Shown here: positions 1 through 13,500 of the stretch, piece after piece
Numbering within the stretch: position 1 is the first letter of the stretch
How the letters are laid out: every line of letters starts with the position of its first letter
Origin: Trichoplax adhaerens
Lineage: Eukaryota > Animalia > Placozoa
Length of the DNA stretch: 64,000 bases
NCBI RefSeq assembly: GCF_000150275.1
Contig: NW_002060946.1
Coordinates: 282,678-346,677 of the forward strand
Direction: 5' to 3'
Translations under genes and position numbers: made by a program
The notes under the pieces: generated by a model
Told to the model about the DNA's origin: nothing
Database searches by the model: none
What the model saw: only the letters and a program-made list of their open reading frames with translations

Positions 1-262
1 GATGCATCGATCACAATCAATCCAACCAGTATTCTCCATTTGCTGTACAGTACAAGTGCATCGATCACAATCAATCAATCGTATTCGCGATTTGCTGTAC
101 AGATGCATCGATCACAATCAATCCAACCAGTATTCTCCATTTGCTGTACAAGTGCATCGATCACAATCAATCAATCCCATTCTCGATTTGCTATACAGTA
201 CAAGTGCATCGATCACAATCAATCTAACCAATATTCTCCATTTGCTGTACAAGTGCATCGAT
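1..262. repeat. Minisatellite of ~46-55 bp units alternating in two variants (~101 bp higher-order period); truncated by the window edge
   Basis: The core TGCATCGATCACAATCAATC...ATT..C.ATTTGCT.TACA recurs in units starting at about 1, 56, 102, 152, 204 and partially at 253. It explains the repetitive ORFs 2..277 and 40..360. Confidence 0.95.
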
Positions 263-1151
263 CGCTACAATTTTTGAGTAGGAATCTCCGTTCAGGCTGG
301 GAATGCAGCCATCCATGTGAATGGATTTCTATTGCTAAATTGCCGAAAGCTACAACTTAGCTGAAATCGGACAGCATAAGCTGGCGTGAGACGCACTATC
401 GAGCCTGGACAGACTAGTGGATACTCTCACAACAGTAGCTCAATAAATCCTCTTACAATTTAGTAATCCATGACTGTACTGTACTGTATACAGATTAATC
501 AATCTTGGTGAATTAAGTTGTCAGTCTAACAATCATAAAGATGACTAAAATCTTTCTGGTAGACGTGTATTGAATAATTAATTAATCCATGATTATGTAC
601 ACTGCCAGTTCATCGTCCGATCCACTGCACAGTGCACAAGAATGAGCTAAGGGATCAGGCTTAGACCTGAGAAAGGCCCGGTTTATAAACACTAAACTAA
701 AATTAGACCTCGTCTTTCCACTCCACACTGAAATACTTCACAACTAACTCACCATTTTACTCCATGACTGAATAGTACTGTCATCAACCGCTAGAAGAAG
801 ATTTCAAGTGGTCATAGAGCAGCACACCTGAGGCATGATGAGCTAAGCGATCAAACTTAAAAGGTGCAAAACTAAAAGTCAAGATTCGATCTGGTCTCCC
901 CACACTAGTAGACAGTAGTTCAAGCATTGTTCATCAGTACAGTACAAGTATATCGATTGCCTTGAGCTAAACAATCAGACTTGAGGGGATATAAACAAGA
1001 AAATACCAAGTTTAATTCGATTTGATCTTTCAATTCTACTTGAATATATGGTTTATATGGAAAATTGCTCAACGGGCCATGGCAACATTGACCAGTTAGC
1101 TCTGTTTAGACTGAACATGCGTACACTATCGCTAAAAGTTTACTGTATTAG

Positions 1152-1165
1152 GTTACCATAGCGAC
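1152..1165. promoter_or_regulatory. RFX X-box upstream of MNS1
   Basis: GTTACCATAGCGAC fits the X-box consensus RTHNYYWTRRNRAC, about 445 bp before the proposed ATG of a ciliary gene. A half site CCATGGCAAC lies at ~1077-1086. Confidence 0.75.
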
Positions 1166-1610
1166 CATGCACAGTAAAGTAAAATAGGACAAGAGAAGTG
1201 TAAAAAAGACTTGGATTCAAATTCTTCTTCTATAGTCTACACTATAAGCAAGGGTTATGCTTTCAACCTAATATCACCGGGTGGGGAGAGTTGTACTGTA
1301 GATATGTGCGCCTTATTTTATTATCAAACCACAGCAGAATTTGATCTAGTGTTGAAATAAGTACTCGACTGAATATTACCATATTAGCGCTTTGCTTAGT
1401 GTTCTAGTCAAGAGTGACAAGTCGATGGTTCTCTTATTCCGATACATTTTAAAATAAAACAATCTTCTTTCTTGACATTGGACATTTTTATCCCTAATCG
1501 ATATTCACTACAACGACAGCCTAATTGAAAGTGACACCATAACCACCGTAGGCCTTCGTTAAATAATATTCGATCAACTTTACCACAAGTCTCATCAATC
1601 TATCTCCAAA

Positions 1611-4600
1611 ATGGTAACATCAAACGAAATTCAATTATTAAAAATTATAAACCAATTCCATTTCAGTTCAATATATTATTCTATTCTTGACAGAAGAAAT
1701 AGTTTTACGAGCACAACTGGAAACTATCCTAGCGTAGTAAAATACTATATAGATACAGTGTATATACAGTACTTACTAAAATTTTATAATTATTCATCGA
1801 AGCGGTTATCATTATTTCGGATTATAGTATTTAGTGCGTTGACTACTATCTACTATGCACTAGACAGCAATTATTGATATGAATCCTTTATATTCCAATG
1901 GTGCCAATGATGCCATAGTTAGTCGCTGTTTATGAATATTAACCAATTTAATTTTAACTGTCACTTTAAAGTAATAGGATTGTGTTGTGTATTAAATGTC
2001 TATCCTCAGATCTAATATGCAGTATTTGATCGCGGTTATTATTCTAAAATGGAAATCACTCGTAATTAAAACGCTGTAGTGTAAAATTTAGTTGTGTGTA
2101 AAATTAGTCTCCATCAAATACTGTTAGATGGTATTTATTACATTGTAAAATTAGATAAGATCTTACTCATATTGGGACATTATACTCAAAGTAACCGCAG
2201 TACAATCATGTTTCCATAGGCTTCAATACGACGAGCTGGTTATATGAAAAATTTTCAACCGGCAAAAATGCAAGAACGCGCTCATAAACAAGACGAATTA
2301 CGAAATGATTTAGCAGTGAGAATGCAGAGAGAACGCATGTTACAGGCGAACTTAGAAAGTGAAGAACGAGTTGAAACGAAACGGTTTATCAGACAAGTGC
2401 AGAAAGAAGAAGAAGAAAGACATATGGCTCAAGCCTTATATGAGGTAGATATACAAGTTTTACTATTATGGCCCTTGTAGGAGAGGAGCCAATCTTATAT
2501 TAAGATATTACATATAGCACGTTTAATAAAAATAATTGAATGTTGTTACATTAAAAGGCTGAGGAGCAGAAAAGGATACGCTTTGAACTTGCTGAGCAGG
2601 AAGAGCGGCTAGCCAAAGAGTTAGAACGTCGTAAAGCTGAAAGAATGCGCTTAGAGAAACTTCGACAACAAATTCGCGAAAATAGGTTTGTAGTTAACTA
2701 TTATGTCAACTGTAAAGAAAAATCATACTGATTAATAAATTGCTGCCCAAAAGTTTTACCTCCTGCGAGTAGTCGCACGAACAATATACACTCCATGCTA
2801 ATCATAAATTTTTATTACTTAACCTAACATAGCCCGGAACTACGAGAATTAGAAAGTAGACTTAAGGCTGCCTATATGAATCGTGAGAGAGCGGCTCAGA
2901 TAGCCGAAAAGAAGGCTAGATCATTAGATAAGCAGGTCAGATAGTGTTAAATAATTGTAAACAGTGGAAAGTTTTTGATCAAAAAAATTTTATTATCTGA
3001 AATAAGACAATCATATTATTATTTACATGTATGATATCAATTTGTTGACGTTTCCAGAAAGATCAAGATGAGATCGCTAAAATGATTCAAGAAGAGATTC
3101 TCCGAGCGGAAGAAGTTGAAAAGCAGTTGGAAGAAAATAAAGCTAAGCAAAAAGTTCAATACAAGGCACAAATTCAACAACAACTTGATGAAAGGGTGAG
3201 TTGTTATTCTTGATTAAATCGTAAAGTATGGTCTATTTAATCCATGTAACGATCTATACCTTAATATTGATTGCTAGTAGCCTCTACTACACTATTTTAT
3301 CGTGCGTGCACTCGGTCTTAAATCTTGTCATCTATAGCCTACCAGTAAAGCCTATGTATATTTCTTTATTCATATAGAAAACGTATTCCAAGATAGTAAC
3401 GCTAAATATGTTAACATACTTAAATTACTAGATAAAATTGTATTCAGTTTTGAATTTGAGTTTATTTCTTGCGAAGTATTATATTAATTAAGGCTATAAA
3501 TAGGGCAATTAATTTGTGTTAATGATTGCTGATATATAGCTTAATTGACACTCTGTGATGCCTCTTTCCTTTCAAATCGATTTCATTGAATTATCAAATT
3601 ATTATAGGAAGAACTAAGAAAACAGGCGTATGAAGAGTTTCTTAAGGAAAAACTTATGATAGACGAAATTGTACGCAAAATTTACGAAGAAGATGAAAGG
3701 TAACCATGCAATCCAAATCTAAATCGTAATGGGTACTATTTTAAAAATTTTATAACCAACTTTGAAAATAATTACTGCACTATTTAGAGAAAAGCAATTA
3801 CGCTTTGAGAAACAACGTGCTACGCAAAGGTACATTGAGGATTTCAAAACGCAGCGTGAAGAGGTATCATACATGTCATATTTATATGAAAATATTGAAC
3901 GTAGCGACTCTCATTACAATTAATTACTTCCCATGATGGTTTTTAGTGGAAGCAACAAGAAACTCAACGCATGGAAGAGGAAAATCAAAAGATTTTACGA
4001 TATGCTAAGCAGCAAACGGAAAGGGAAGAAGAGCGAATGGAAAAGAGGCGACAGGAAGATCAAGCAAAAGCTGAGCTACAAGATAAAGTAAGTTTTCGTT
4101 ATATTATGTAGTTATTGTTTCGAAAGATAGATTTTGTTACACGATATATTCTTCTGGCAGATTTAGTTTCATCTTTAGTATACATAAACTCATTATTACG
4201 TTGCTTCTGTCGATACCTTTGTATGGAATATAGCTTGCTACAGAAATGAAGAGAAAGCAGGAGGCTGTAGAAGAACTAGAAAGGTAATCATTTAGAGAAT
4301 GCAATAAATTTTTAATTATGAAATTGCTGTCCAATATGGTTTCTTAAATTATGATCAATTGCTATCGATAGAATTCGTGAAGACTTATACTTGGAAGAAC
4401 AGGAAGAGAAAGAAAGGCAAAAAGAAATGGTATCTATCTATTTATCTAGTTATATCCTTATCTAGTTTCTGTAAAATTTATCGAAATTGGCACGTTTGAA
4501 TTTCTTTAAAATTGACATATATTTTCAGTTGTATGTAATCTATTAATTAAAATTTCAATCGTATAGGTTGAGATAGAGAAACGTATAAGACAGCGTCTAG

Positions 4601-5397
4601 CATTGCAGAAAACTTACGAGATTCAATTGCAAGATAAAGAAATGCGCAAAATTAAAGAAAAGGAAGAAGAGGAAGCTTTCAGATATCAAGTTAGTGCTTT
4701 AATCTTTATTTCATAAAATAAGATTAAGTGAACTCATCATACGCTCCATGTCATTATCCCTGATATTTTTTTAGTCGATTCATTAATTATGTTAACATAT
4801 TCATTGCATTTTAGATGTTGGCCAAATTTGCAGCTGATGACAAGCTGGAACAAATCGGTGCGCAAAAGCGTCGCATGAAGCAGCAAGAACATAAACGTGC
4901 TGTCGAGAAATTGATTGATGAACGAAGAGCTAAAAGAGAGCTTGAAAGAGTGCGTAATTGCGAAATCTTATCTATTTTTAACGTCTACAATTATCCACCA
5001 TTCGAAGTACTAACTTTGCATTCTGTTTGGCATAACTAGCAAGCTGAACTTAAATCTAAAGAAGAAGAAAAAGAAATGGAGAAGTTCAGACAACAAATTA
5101 TTGAAGATGAAAGGCAGAAGCTGCTTCGTGAGCATGCTTCAAAGTTGTTGGGATATTTGCCAAAGGTAAGCAATTCACCCTTATTAATTAGAAAAAGGCT
5201 AATTATGTGTACGAATAAAGTGTACTATACTTCGAATAATGAGTAATGCAGATTTTAATCATCTTAATCTGAATTTATGATTATAATCTTAGGGTGTACT
5301 ACGCAGTGAAAACGATTTAGATTTTTTCGACAATGACTTCCGAACTGAATATGCAAGGCAAAATGTAGATCCTTTTGCTAGTGAAGATTTCTCTTAG
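1611..5397 (+). CDS. MNS1: Meiosis-specific nuclear structural protein 1 (axonemal coiled-coil protein), multi-exon
   Basis: Spliced exons give QQIRENSPELRELESRLKAAYMNRERAAQIAEK, AYEEFLKEKLMIDEIVRKIYEED, MLAKFAADDKLEQIGAQKRRMKQQEHKRAVEKL and EHASKLLGYLPKGV; stop TAG at 5395-5397. The start is inferred as a lone ATG at 1611 followed by GT, spliced in frame to 2220 (less certain). Confidence 0.93.
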
Positions 5398-6597
5398 ATC
5401 AGATAGACGTAACACTATCTGGAAATAGCACCTGCAACAAGTGATAAAATCTCTGTCAATTTCGCTTTATGGAAAAGTAATGTATTTATGATATTCTTTG
5501 TTAAATAACAACCATGTTGTACGACTTTCGTAACGATTTATAATGCTACAACCACTTTAAACTGTACCGCTGATTGATTTCGAGGCTTTATCATTGAAGG
5601 TAAATAATGATGCTAATGTATAAATACCACGTTCTTAAAATTTGTTACAGTATATAGCGCACTTTCATTACTTCATTTGATTTCAGATCAACTATTATAA
5701 AAAATGTGCGACAGCTAATGGCAGATTTCCATTTGTACTTTCGTCAATTCAAAACTACACCATAAGCTGATTTCTTTCTTATTCCAGTTTTAGTTGCATC
5801 GTACACGCAGATCTTATTCTATGGTAGTCTATTCAGTTTTGAACATATTAACGCTAACCAATAAAAGTGAGGTGCTATGTTAAATTATAGCCATCTCTTT
5901 AATTTTAGACATTATAGTAAGTTCAAAGGATAAGATTTGTAATTTCTTGCTTAAGATCTGTGGAAACAATGCTTGATAGGTTTATAATTATCCGAGTAAC
6001 TGATAATGCTCATCTTTAAATGCTTGTTGATGAGTCAATCGTGATGAAATATTTTAGTAAATGCTACTAATTCGGACGCTTGTTAATATAGCATTTAAAG
6101 TAAATGATCAATAAATAGGAATCAATATTGTTATCAATATATGAGATGATACAAAGTACTGATATGATTGCATGAACATTTAATACCGACATCAGTGATA
6201 TCTATATAGATCTACGAATCCTTTAGAGACTAATTTACTTTATTTCCAATGAGATACTTTATATTGCACCATCCAATAACTATAATTGCTCAATCAAATA
6301 TAGGTTTATGTACGTGTTTACCTCTCATTTGGGATTGTACTTTTGCCTAGTTTGTTATTGAGGATTATACATATTAAATATGTATCTTGTAGTAAGTCTC
6401 ATTTATTGATAGATCTTTTATTAAATAATAGATCAACGCTGAACAACCTTATACAGTATGATAGAGTAGTAGGAATAGTATTCAAAGTTATCCTTTATCG
6501 ATGGTGATGCTCCTTCTTAACATGTCGAAATTTAGCGAGTTGGTCGTGACAAGCCAGTAAAATAGGAGTGTAGATGTGATAACTCGTTTTGCACGTG

Positions 6598-8926
6598 TTA
6601 TATTTTTGACAGTTTGGTAATATCCATTACACAATCCGTTCCTGGATATGGCGGAAGATCCATTTGGTATTTGTTTTGTAAAGTGTTTGGAACAAAGCGT
6701 CCTCCAAGGTAATGAACTCGACCATTGAAATATCTAGCACATAACTTAGGTGCTGTCAAGGAAATCAACATATCAGGCTGAATACCATTTGGGTCTCCAC
6801 GTTCTACATCCCATCCTACTCATATGAAAGTAAGATACCAAATTATCCAATGCTAAAGAACAGAGTCAATTATTAAAATTGAAGTATTCGAACCTGAAGG
6901 TACATCAACAGAACAGATAGGTAATCGCGATTCCTTTAATTTACTTAACACATCATCGAAAGGAGGTCTTGGACTACCTTTAAAACTAAATCCAAATAAT
7001 GCATCGACAATTAAATCATACTTTGCTTCTAAGTCAGTCACCGCAGATAATTGGGTTCCATCAAGGAATTCAATTTCCATTTTTTGACATTGTGTAACAA
7101 GGTTGTTGAATAATGTTTTATTGGGTCGTTTTGGATAGTATATTGTTGGTCGAAAACCCTATGACGGAATTATAATTAGAAATCTTTACAATACCTTGAG
7201 AGTGCATAAAAATTGATGACTTTTCTCTGTAGAGAGAAGAATGAATTTGTTTCAGATTAAAATCTGAAACCTACGATCTGCTTGGATTGCTTTATCATTG
7301 ATAATTATCATATTCAGAAAATCTTGATATAGTATGTACTTGTTAATCGATCTTTTATGCGAAATATTCTGAAATGGATGTTATAGGTATCTATAGTTTA
7401 GTATTTCTAGCAAGCACAGTAATACTGTGGCGTTTTTTCTAGTAACGCGTGCTTTTTATTTAGATAATGTAAGCATTCACTTTTAACGCGCTAAAACCAT
7501 AAGGCTACAGTTACTACTACAATTACACTACGATACTTTGGGCAATGAAATCAGTTTCTGACGTGCACGTTGATATGCTTACTTATTTAAGAGTTCGCTT
7601 TCGCAAGTACGAATAGTAGGGACGTAACATTCATAGGCTGCTAATTAAGTCAGGGAATTCAAATATAGCTATGATTGATTCTAGCGATGCTTACTCATGT
7701 TATGCGGTATAATATCATTATTACACTTACAAATAATAAGAGATGTCTTGCAGCTACTAAGCCATCACCTCCGTTGTTGCCTGGTCCACAGCAGACTAGA
7801 ACATTTCCGGCTTTGTAAGTTTTACCAACAGCAACAGCTACACTAAGTCCAGCCACTTCCTATCAAAGTTGAAGAGGTTGCAAAGTTATATACCAAAGTA
7901 AAAGAATACAACCTGCTCATTTGAACGTACGGACATTCGTTAACATTTTATAACTGGTGCTGGTACGTCTTATACTGTACGATATTAGTTAACAGATTTA
8001 GAGAGTAAGTCACAATAATATCGCTCTGTTTAATAAGTATATCAATTTATAATAGGCCCAGGTGAAACTAGATCTAAGTAAGCTATGCATTAGTGCGATT
8101 GAGCATGATGGTTAAATTAAAGAATGAATCGTTCACCTACAATGCGTATAATGATTTAGCAATGTTTATCAAGCAGATTAGTTTGTTGGCTTCGATACTA
8201 TAGGTCTGAGCAAGCTATAGTACATAGCGGTGTTGTAGCAAACCAGCAACCTACGATTTGGAGTAGCATTTGCCTACCGATTTTGATTGTAAATCACAAT
8301 ATAGCGAGGTGTATTAAGCACATTAGTTTGTTGGCCTCAACGTAACAAACATTTCAATTCATTTAAGGTCTGAGCGAGCTATAGAGTACTGTTCATGATG
8401 ATTGATACAACAGTCAATGAATAACTTACAATCTTGCATAACATTTATCTACCGATTGCAGTTGCAAACAACAATAATATATAGCAATGCTCCTCCTGTA
8501 CAGTCCATACGTATGATTGTAATGATATATTATTAAGTACGTCAATTTGTAGTAGTATTTGCATATGGATGATGGTGAATAAGCAAAAGCTATATTACTA
8601 TTGAACGACAAGGTACTATGACAACAATTTAAGATTAATCTGTATTTGTATCTATTCTATTTCAAGCGTTTCAATAAAACAGGTAGTTTGCAGCAATTAC
8701 AAATGCTATCCATGATCTAGCTGATCGATGATGAGATCAGTAAATCAAAGTGAGAAATTACCATCAACTGATCCACGCTGAATTTGTAGTCATTAAATAG
8801 CTCTATATCGACATTTTGTGCTTCTTCTTGTGTTAGTAGTTTCATTGTGCGTTGCAAGCGTAGACAAAATAATGGTGATTTAATCGTAGAACCAATGAAT
8901 ATATTGAAAAGTGTCAATTTGGGCAT
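6598..8926 (-). CDS. NAXE: NAD(P)H-hydrate epimerase (YjeF_N family), 4 coding exons
   Basis: [74 protein letters not shown] and HYLGGRFVP; TAA at 6598-6600. Confidence 0.96.
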
Positions 8927-10185
8927 AGTACCAAATCGGTAAATGTTCTAATGTCGTCTTGGTAGTAGGGACCGGCTACTGCACATACTGTAGTACACTA
9001 AGTATAGTGTACAGTACAGTCAGTGCTTGAATTTTTCCTACTGTACCTGTCCCTTTGCTTGGTTTTATATTCTTGACTGTACTGTCCAGCCGTAGTATAG
9101 TATGTAAGCAAGTATGGGTGACACTACTTTTGATGGCAATTCAGTTTATAATTATAATGATTGGTATACCTGTAGCAAAAATAGTGTCATGTACGTATTG
9201 ACAGCATGAAATGAATCACCTCTTGTCCCTCCTTATTTTGTTGTATTGCTCACCTTTTGCAGCACTGTACTTAATAAGTAGTCCATATCCTAATGCAAAT
9301 AAATATCATAGACACTTATCATCCAGTCTAGTAGACTGAGCTAATGCAGGTGGTTACACAAACACCCTTTATATTATACTTGACTTTATACGCACACCAC
9401 AGAAATAATAGACAGGGCTTTACTGTTTCGTGTCATTAATGCTACTCGTTGCTAGTCTACACTGTACAGTATACGATCGTGTACTTACACTAGTTTTTTA
9501 CTACACATCTATGTTATCATCATAATCATGTTCTGCAGTTATCCTCCTACTTGTACATATAAACTTGAATTAGTTTATAATTTATTTAGCAAATCATGAC
9601 TTTCGTTATTCACCCTGACGTTGCCCTCGAACTTAATTCTACTGTACAGTACTGTACAATGTGATCTGCTTTCTTCGATATGCTTGAATAGTATCAAAAT
9701 TAATGACGCTTATACGACAAGTAAAACGCCTCTAAAATACCATTCACTATTAAAACCATGCATTTGCCATCCATTGAATTTTTGGTACAACTTGATGCAA
9801 AAATTGCACTATCGAATGGAAGGCATCACGTTGTATCTAGTACAGTATAGTACAACCATTGGAATGCTACTGTTGTAGCTGTAGTAATACTGTACATTAC
9901 TTTAGCGTAAAAAGTGTGACTACAAGTCCATGGCCAATCGATGGACTGTGATATTTTTAAAAGAGAATTTCTCTTCCAAATCACTCGCCTAACATTCTCT
10001 GTCTGCTTCTTCTACTTGTACAGTCTGGCGGGTAGAATGGGCCTTTTTCTACAGCTAAGCCACAATAATACCACTGTTATTCAACATCGTCATTAAAGTA
10101 TTCTACCACAGTCAAAAATGATAGAAGCAAGTGCGCCATTAGCGATTGCAATTTACAGCCTTGCCTGTCTGTCCACGTAGCCATA

Positions 10186-10211
10186 GTTTGACTACGGTAC
10201 CGTAGTCAAAC
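10186..10211. other. Perfect 26-bp palindrome in the NAXE/myosin V divergent promoter region
   Basis: GTTTGACTACGGT|ACCGTAGTCAAAC is exactly self-complementary. Confidence 0.9.
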
Positions 10212-10588
10212 ACTATACAGTAGAGTAGCTGTGTGTTGACCACCTGCAGGCTAGACACTGCAATCACTATCGAGGTAGCCCGCCCTGCCCACTCTCAATG
10301 ATCTTCCGTTAAGTATACATACAGATATACCGATGGACGTTTGTACCCTCTCCCAGTATACCGTTGTAGAAGACGATAGCAGTCGTTGAAGTAGACCCAG
10401 TCGAGGTCAAATCAGCACGGCAAACTCGTCCAAGCTGTGCGTGTAGGGGTGATAATGAAAGCAGCCTTGTCAAGGCACCGAATCATCGCCGCATTAAATT
10501 AAACAACGACTACAATTCTGAACTTGGTATGCAAGCACAAGTTCGCTTGAAATAGCTTTGAGTGGTCGGTATTTGTTAGCAATCGGAC

Positions 10589-13500
10589 ATGACGACTGAA
10601 CAACTGTATACCAAAGTAAGTACAGGGCGTGTATTTTTCTATCGTTGTAATTTCTTGATCGTGTCTTGCTCATGTTGATTAATACCAATCAGTCATCACT
10701 TCTAGCGATTGTACCTCTACTGAAAGGGATCGCATGAAAACATAGATACAGTAGTTACTTGATGGTGATGATTTCAATATTTTATCGTCGATACTTGATC
10801 CATGTTTAGTACCAGAGTGATTTTGTACTACTGTAGTTTGAAATCGATAAAAGTTTGCAATGAGAATTCAATCAGTGGATACAGTATTTCAACAAGTAAT
10901 TTGAATGTTTCAATGCTATTGATCAAGTGGACAGGATACTGTAGTCTTACTGTATTGACGATCGAAATTTACGGTCAACGGCAGTAATTGGAGCCTTCTC
11001 ATTAAAATCATACTACGACTACATTGTCAATAGACTCCAATTCAATACTACGTTGACATTGAAACATGGTTACTGACATCCTTTTGGATGCTGTTAAAAC
11101 ACACTTTTGGGGGAGGGCTACCAAATTTCTATCGAGGTGTTATACCAACAGGTATTTTGCATTTAGACTACATGTCCGTACAGTTAGATAAAGACCGAAG
11201 CTGCCCTACATAAATTGAAACTTTCTATTTTCATTATTTATACTGTACCATACTCGCTTGGAGATTAGGTTAGATGGAAACTGCCGTCAGGCTAAAAATT
11301 CAATAAATATTCTGTAGCGCTAAACGATGACTACGACAAATCAGTTTAGTCGACGATCGTACCGTCTAGACCTGACTACCGTCCATAACCGAAATAGATG
11401 CCAATCCCTTTTACTCTAGGTTTGGAAAACCTTTCATTAACTGATTTTATTATTATACAGATCTTAGGACATGGTTAATCTTCAGTTACTTTGGCGCCCA
11501 CTCAATTTCTAGTTAATATAGATAGATTAAACATGTCTGCTGATCACTGGTGCGATAAGTAACGACAGTAATTACTGTATGTCGACCGTATCAAGTCCAT
11601 GCAGAAGCATGCGATGAATATTCAGTAGACGGCAGTATTATGCAAACAAAGTCATGTCATCAATTGGATCATTACTATCGCCAGTCTATTTCAACTGGCA
11701 TAAATAGAACACACTGCAATAAATCATATCAATCCAATCTTCCTACCTATTACTGAGATTCATATTTAGCCGGCATATTATAATCGCTCTTTATGCTTTA
11801 TTCTACGATCAGGCACATGCCAGTCCATTGAGTGAGCAATACATAAACGCCTTGAATCACACTGCCTGACCATATTGCATAATTGAAAGACCATATATGC
11901 ACCATAATTTGGGGATGCTTTTGATACTGTAGCATTATACGCTTAGCGCTGACCGGAAGGTATATAGTAAGGAGACAAGAGTCGCTATAGTAACGCCTGT
12001 AGTATGCAGTCGCTACGCAGTGACTCTCTACTTTACCACAGTTACACAACATGGTGGAGAATGATAGAGGCTAAATATCGCCAACCTGTTGTTTAAAAAT
12101 ACATGTTATAACGTTGATAGCAAGTCGTAAAATGAGAACAAATTAATCAGGGTGTACACTGAAATTCAATGACTGAACCAAGGTTTAAGTACAGTAGACT
12201 GTATTCAATATACTATGATGGCATGACAGGGATTCTAGTAGGCGATGGCTTTGTTAACAAATAATTTAGTAGCAGCATTTTCACCAACTTCTACAATATA
12301 AAGGGATGATTCGAATAGGTAGAATTCAATGGAAAGACTAGTAAAATCAATAATAGAAATGTTCGTCTATAACCATAGAAATATCCCGATCTAGCTGCTG
12401 TTGTAATATTGGATGCAATACTTGTAATAAACAAATGATAATTATCTCTCATTAATTTTAGGGAACAGGGGTATGGATTCCAGACAAAGACATAGTCTGG
12501 CGTGCTGGAATTGTTGTCGGCCCCATTAAGGATAACAAATTACGAGTATTTTTAGACAATGGTTCGGTAAGTACTTTAGCTGTGCACTATTTCTTCCTAT
12601 TAAAGTACACCTAAGACTACCAGTAGAATACTCAAATACTGTACTTTGTGTACTCTTCCACTAAATTCATTGTGCTAGATATCTTTAAATCTCGATAAGA
12701 AATATCGAAAGTAGATACATGTAATTAACAGATATCATCTGTACGTACTAGCTTAAAGAAATTCTACGCAATTGAATGCTTAGTTCTTATTAAATATTGA
12801 TATTGTTTTACGTAGATGAGCTTAGTTTTCTCACGTTGTTAGTTAGTAAATATTGTATTAGGATAGAAATGTAGCGAGGAGAGTAATTAAATTCATCATC
12901 CTAACACCATGATTTTTCTAGGAGTGAAATCATTTGACTTATTATGATTATCAACTGCTCTAGAAAATACACAATTAGTAACAATGTGTACATTTCGCTA
13001 TTATTGATCAATTATAGCTACGATATATATTTTTACTCTTAATTTCAAAAGTATGAGAACAATTAATCTATTGATGATAATAGTAGCATTACATTTCTGT
13101 CCTGGAATGCATCACTAATGCTCTAAGATTTCTTGTTTTTATATCGTTTTTGGACCTGATTTTATAATACTAAATAGTATGTATTAGTAGTGTTGAGAAA
13201 CTTAGGTACAGTCTCAGCATCTATAATGTAGCTTTGTTTTAGTATAAATTATTTACATGAATTTTTAGATAAATGAATATCTAAAACATTGATATGAATA
13301 GACAAATATACAGAACGGCATACCGTCATATTAGGTACTGGCTATTGTGATGCCCAAAAAATAAGCAGCCACGCCTCTATCATCGTAATTACCATGTAGT
13401 AGTACATTTTACAATAACTAATAATATTTTTTAGATGACCTTGTGATACCCATCATAATCCCTTTATATTGAAGTTTACAAGATGTAGTCATTATATTTA

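Noticed and set aside
1-262. CRISPR-like repeat/spacer look and the repetitive ORFs 2..277 and 40..360
   Set aside because: The 'spacers' are homologous to each other, there are no cas genes and the context is eukaryotic. The ORFs are by-products of the minisatellite.
299-340. GGGAATGCAGCC...GCTAAAT resembles 28S rRNA
   Set aside because: Only a 12-nt match; the surrounding sequence does not follow rRNA.
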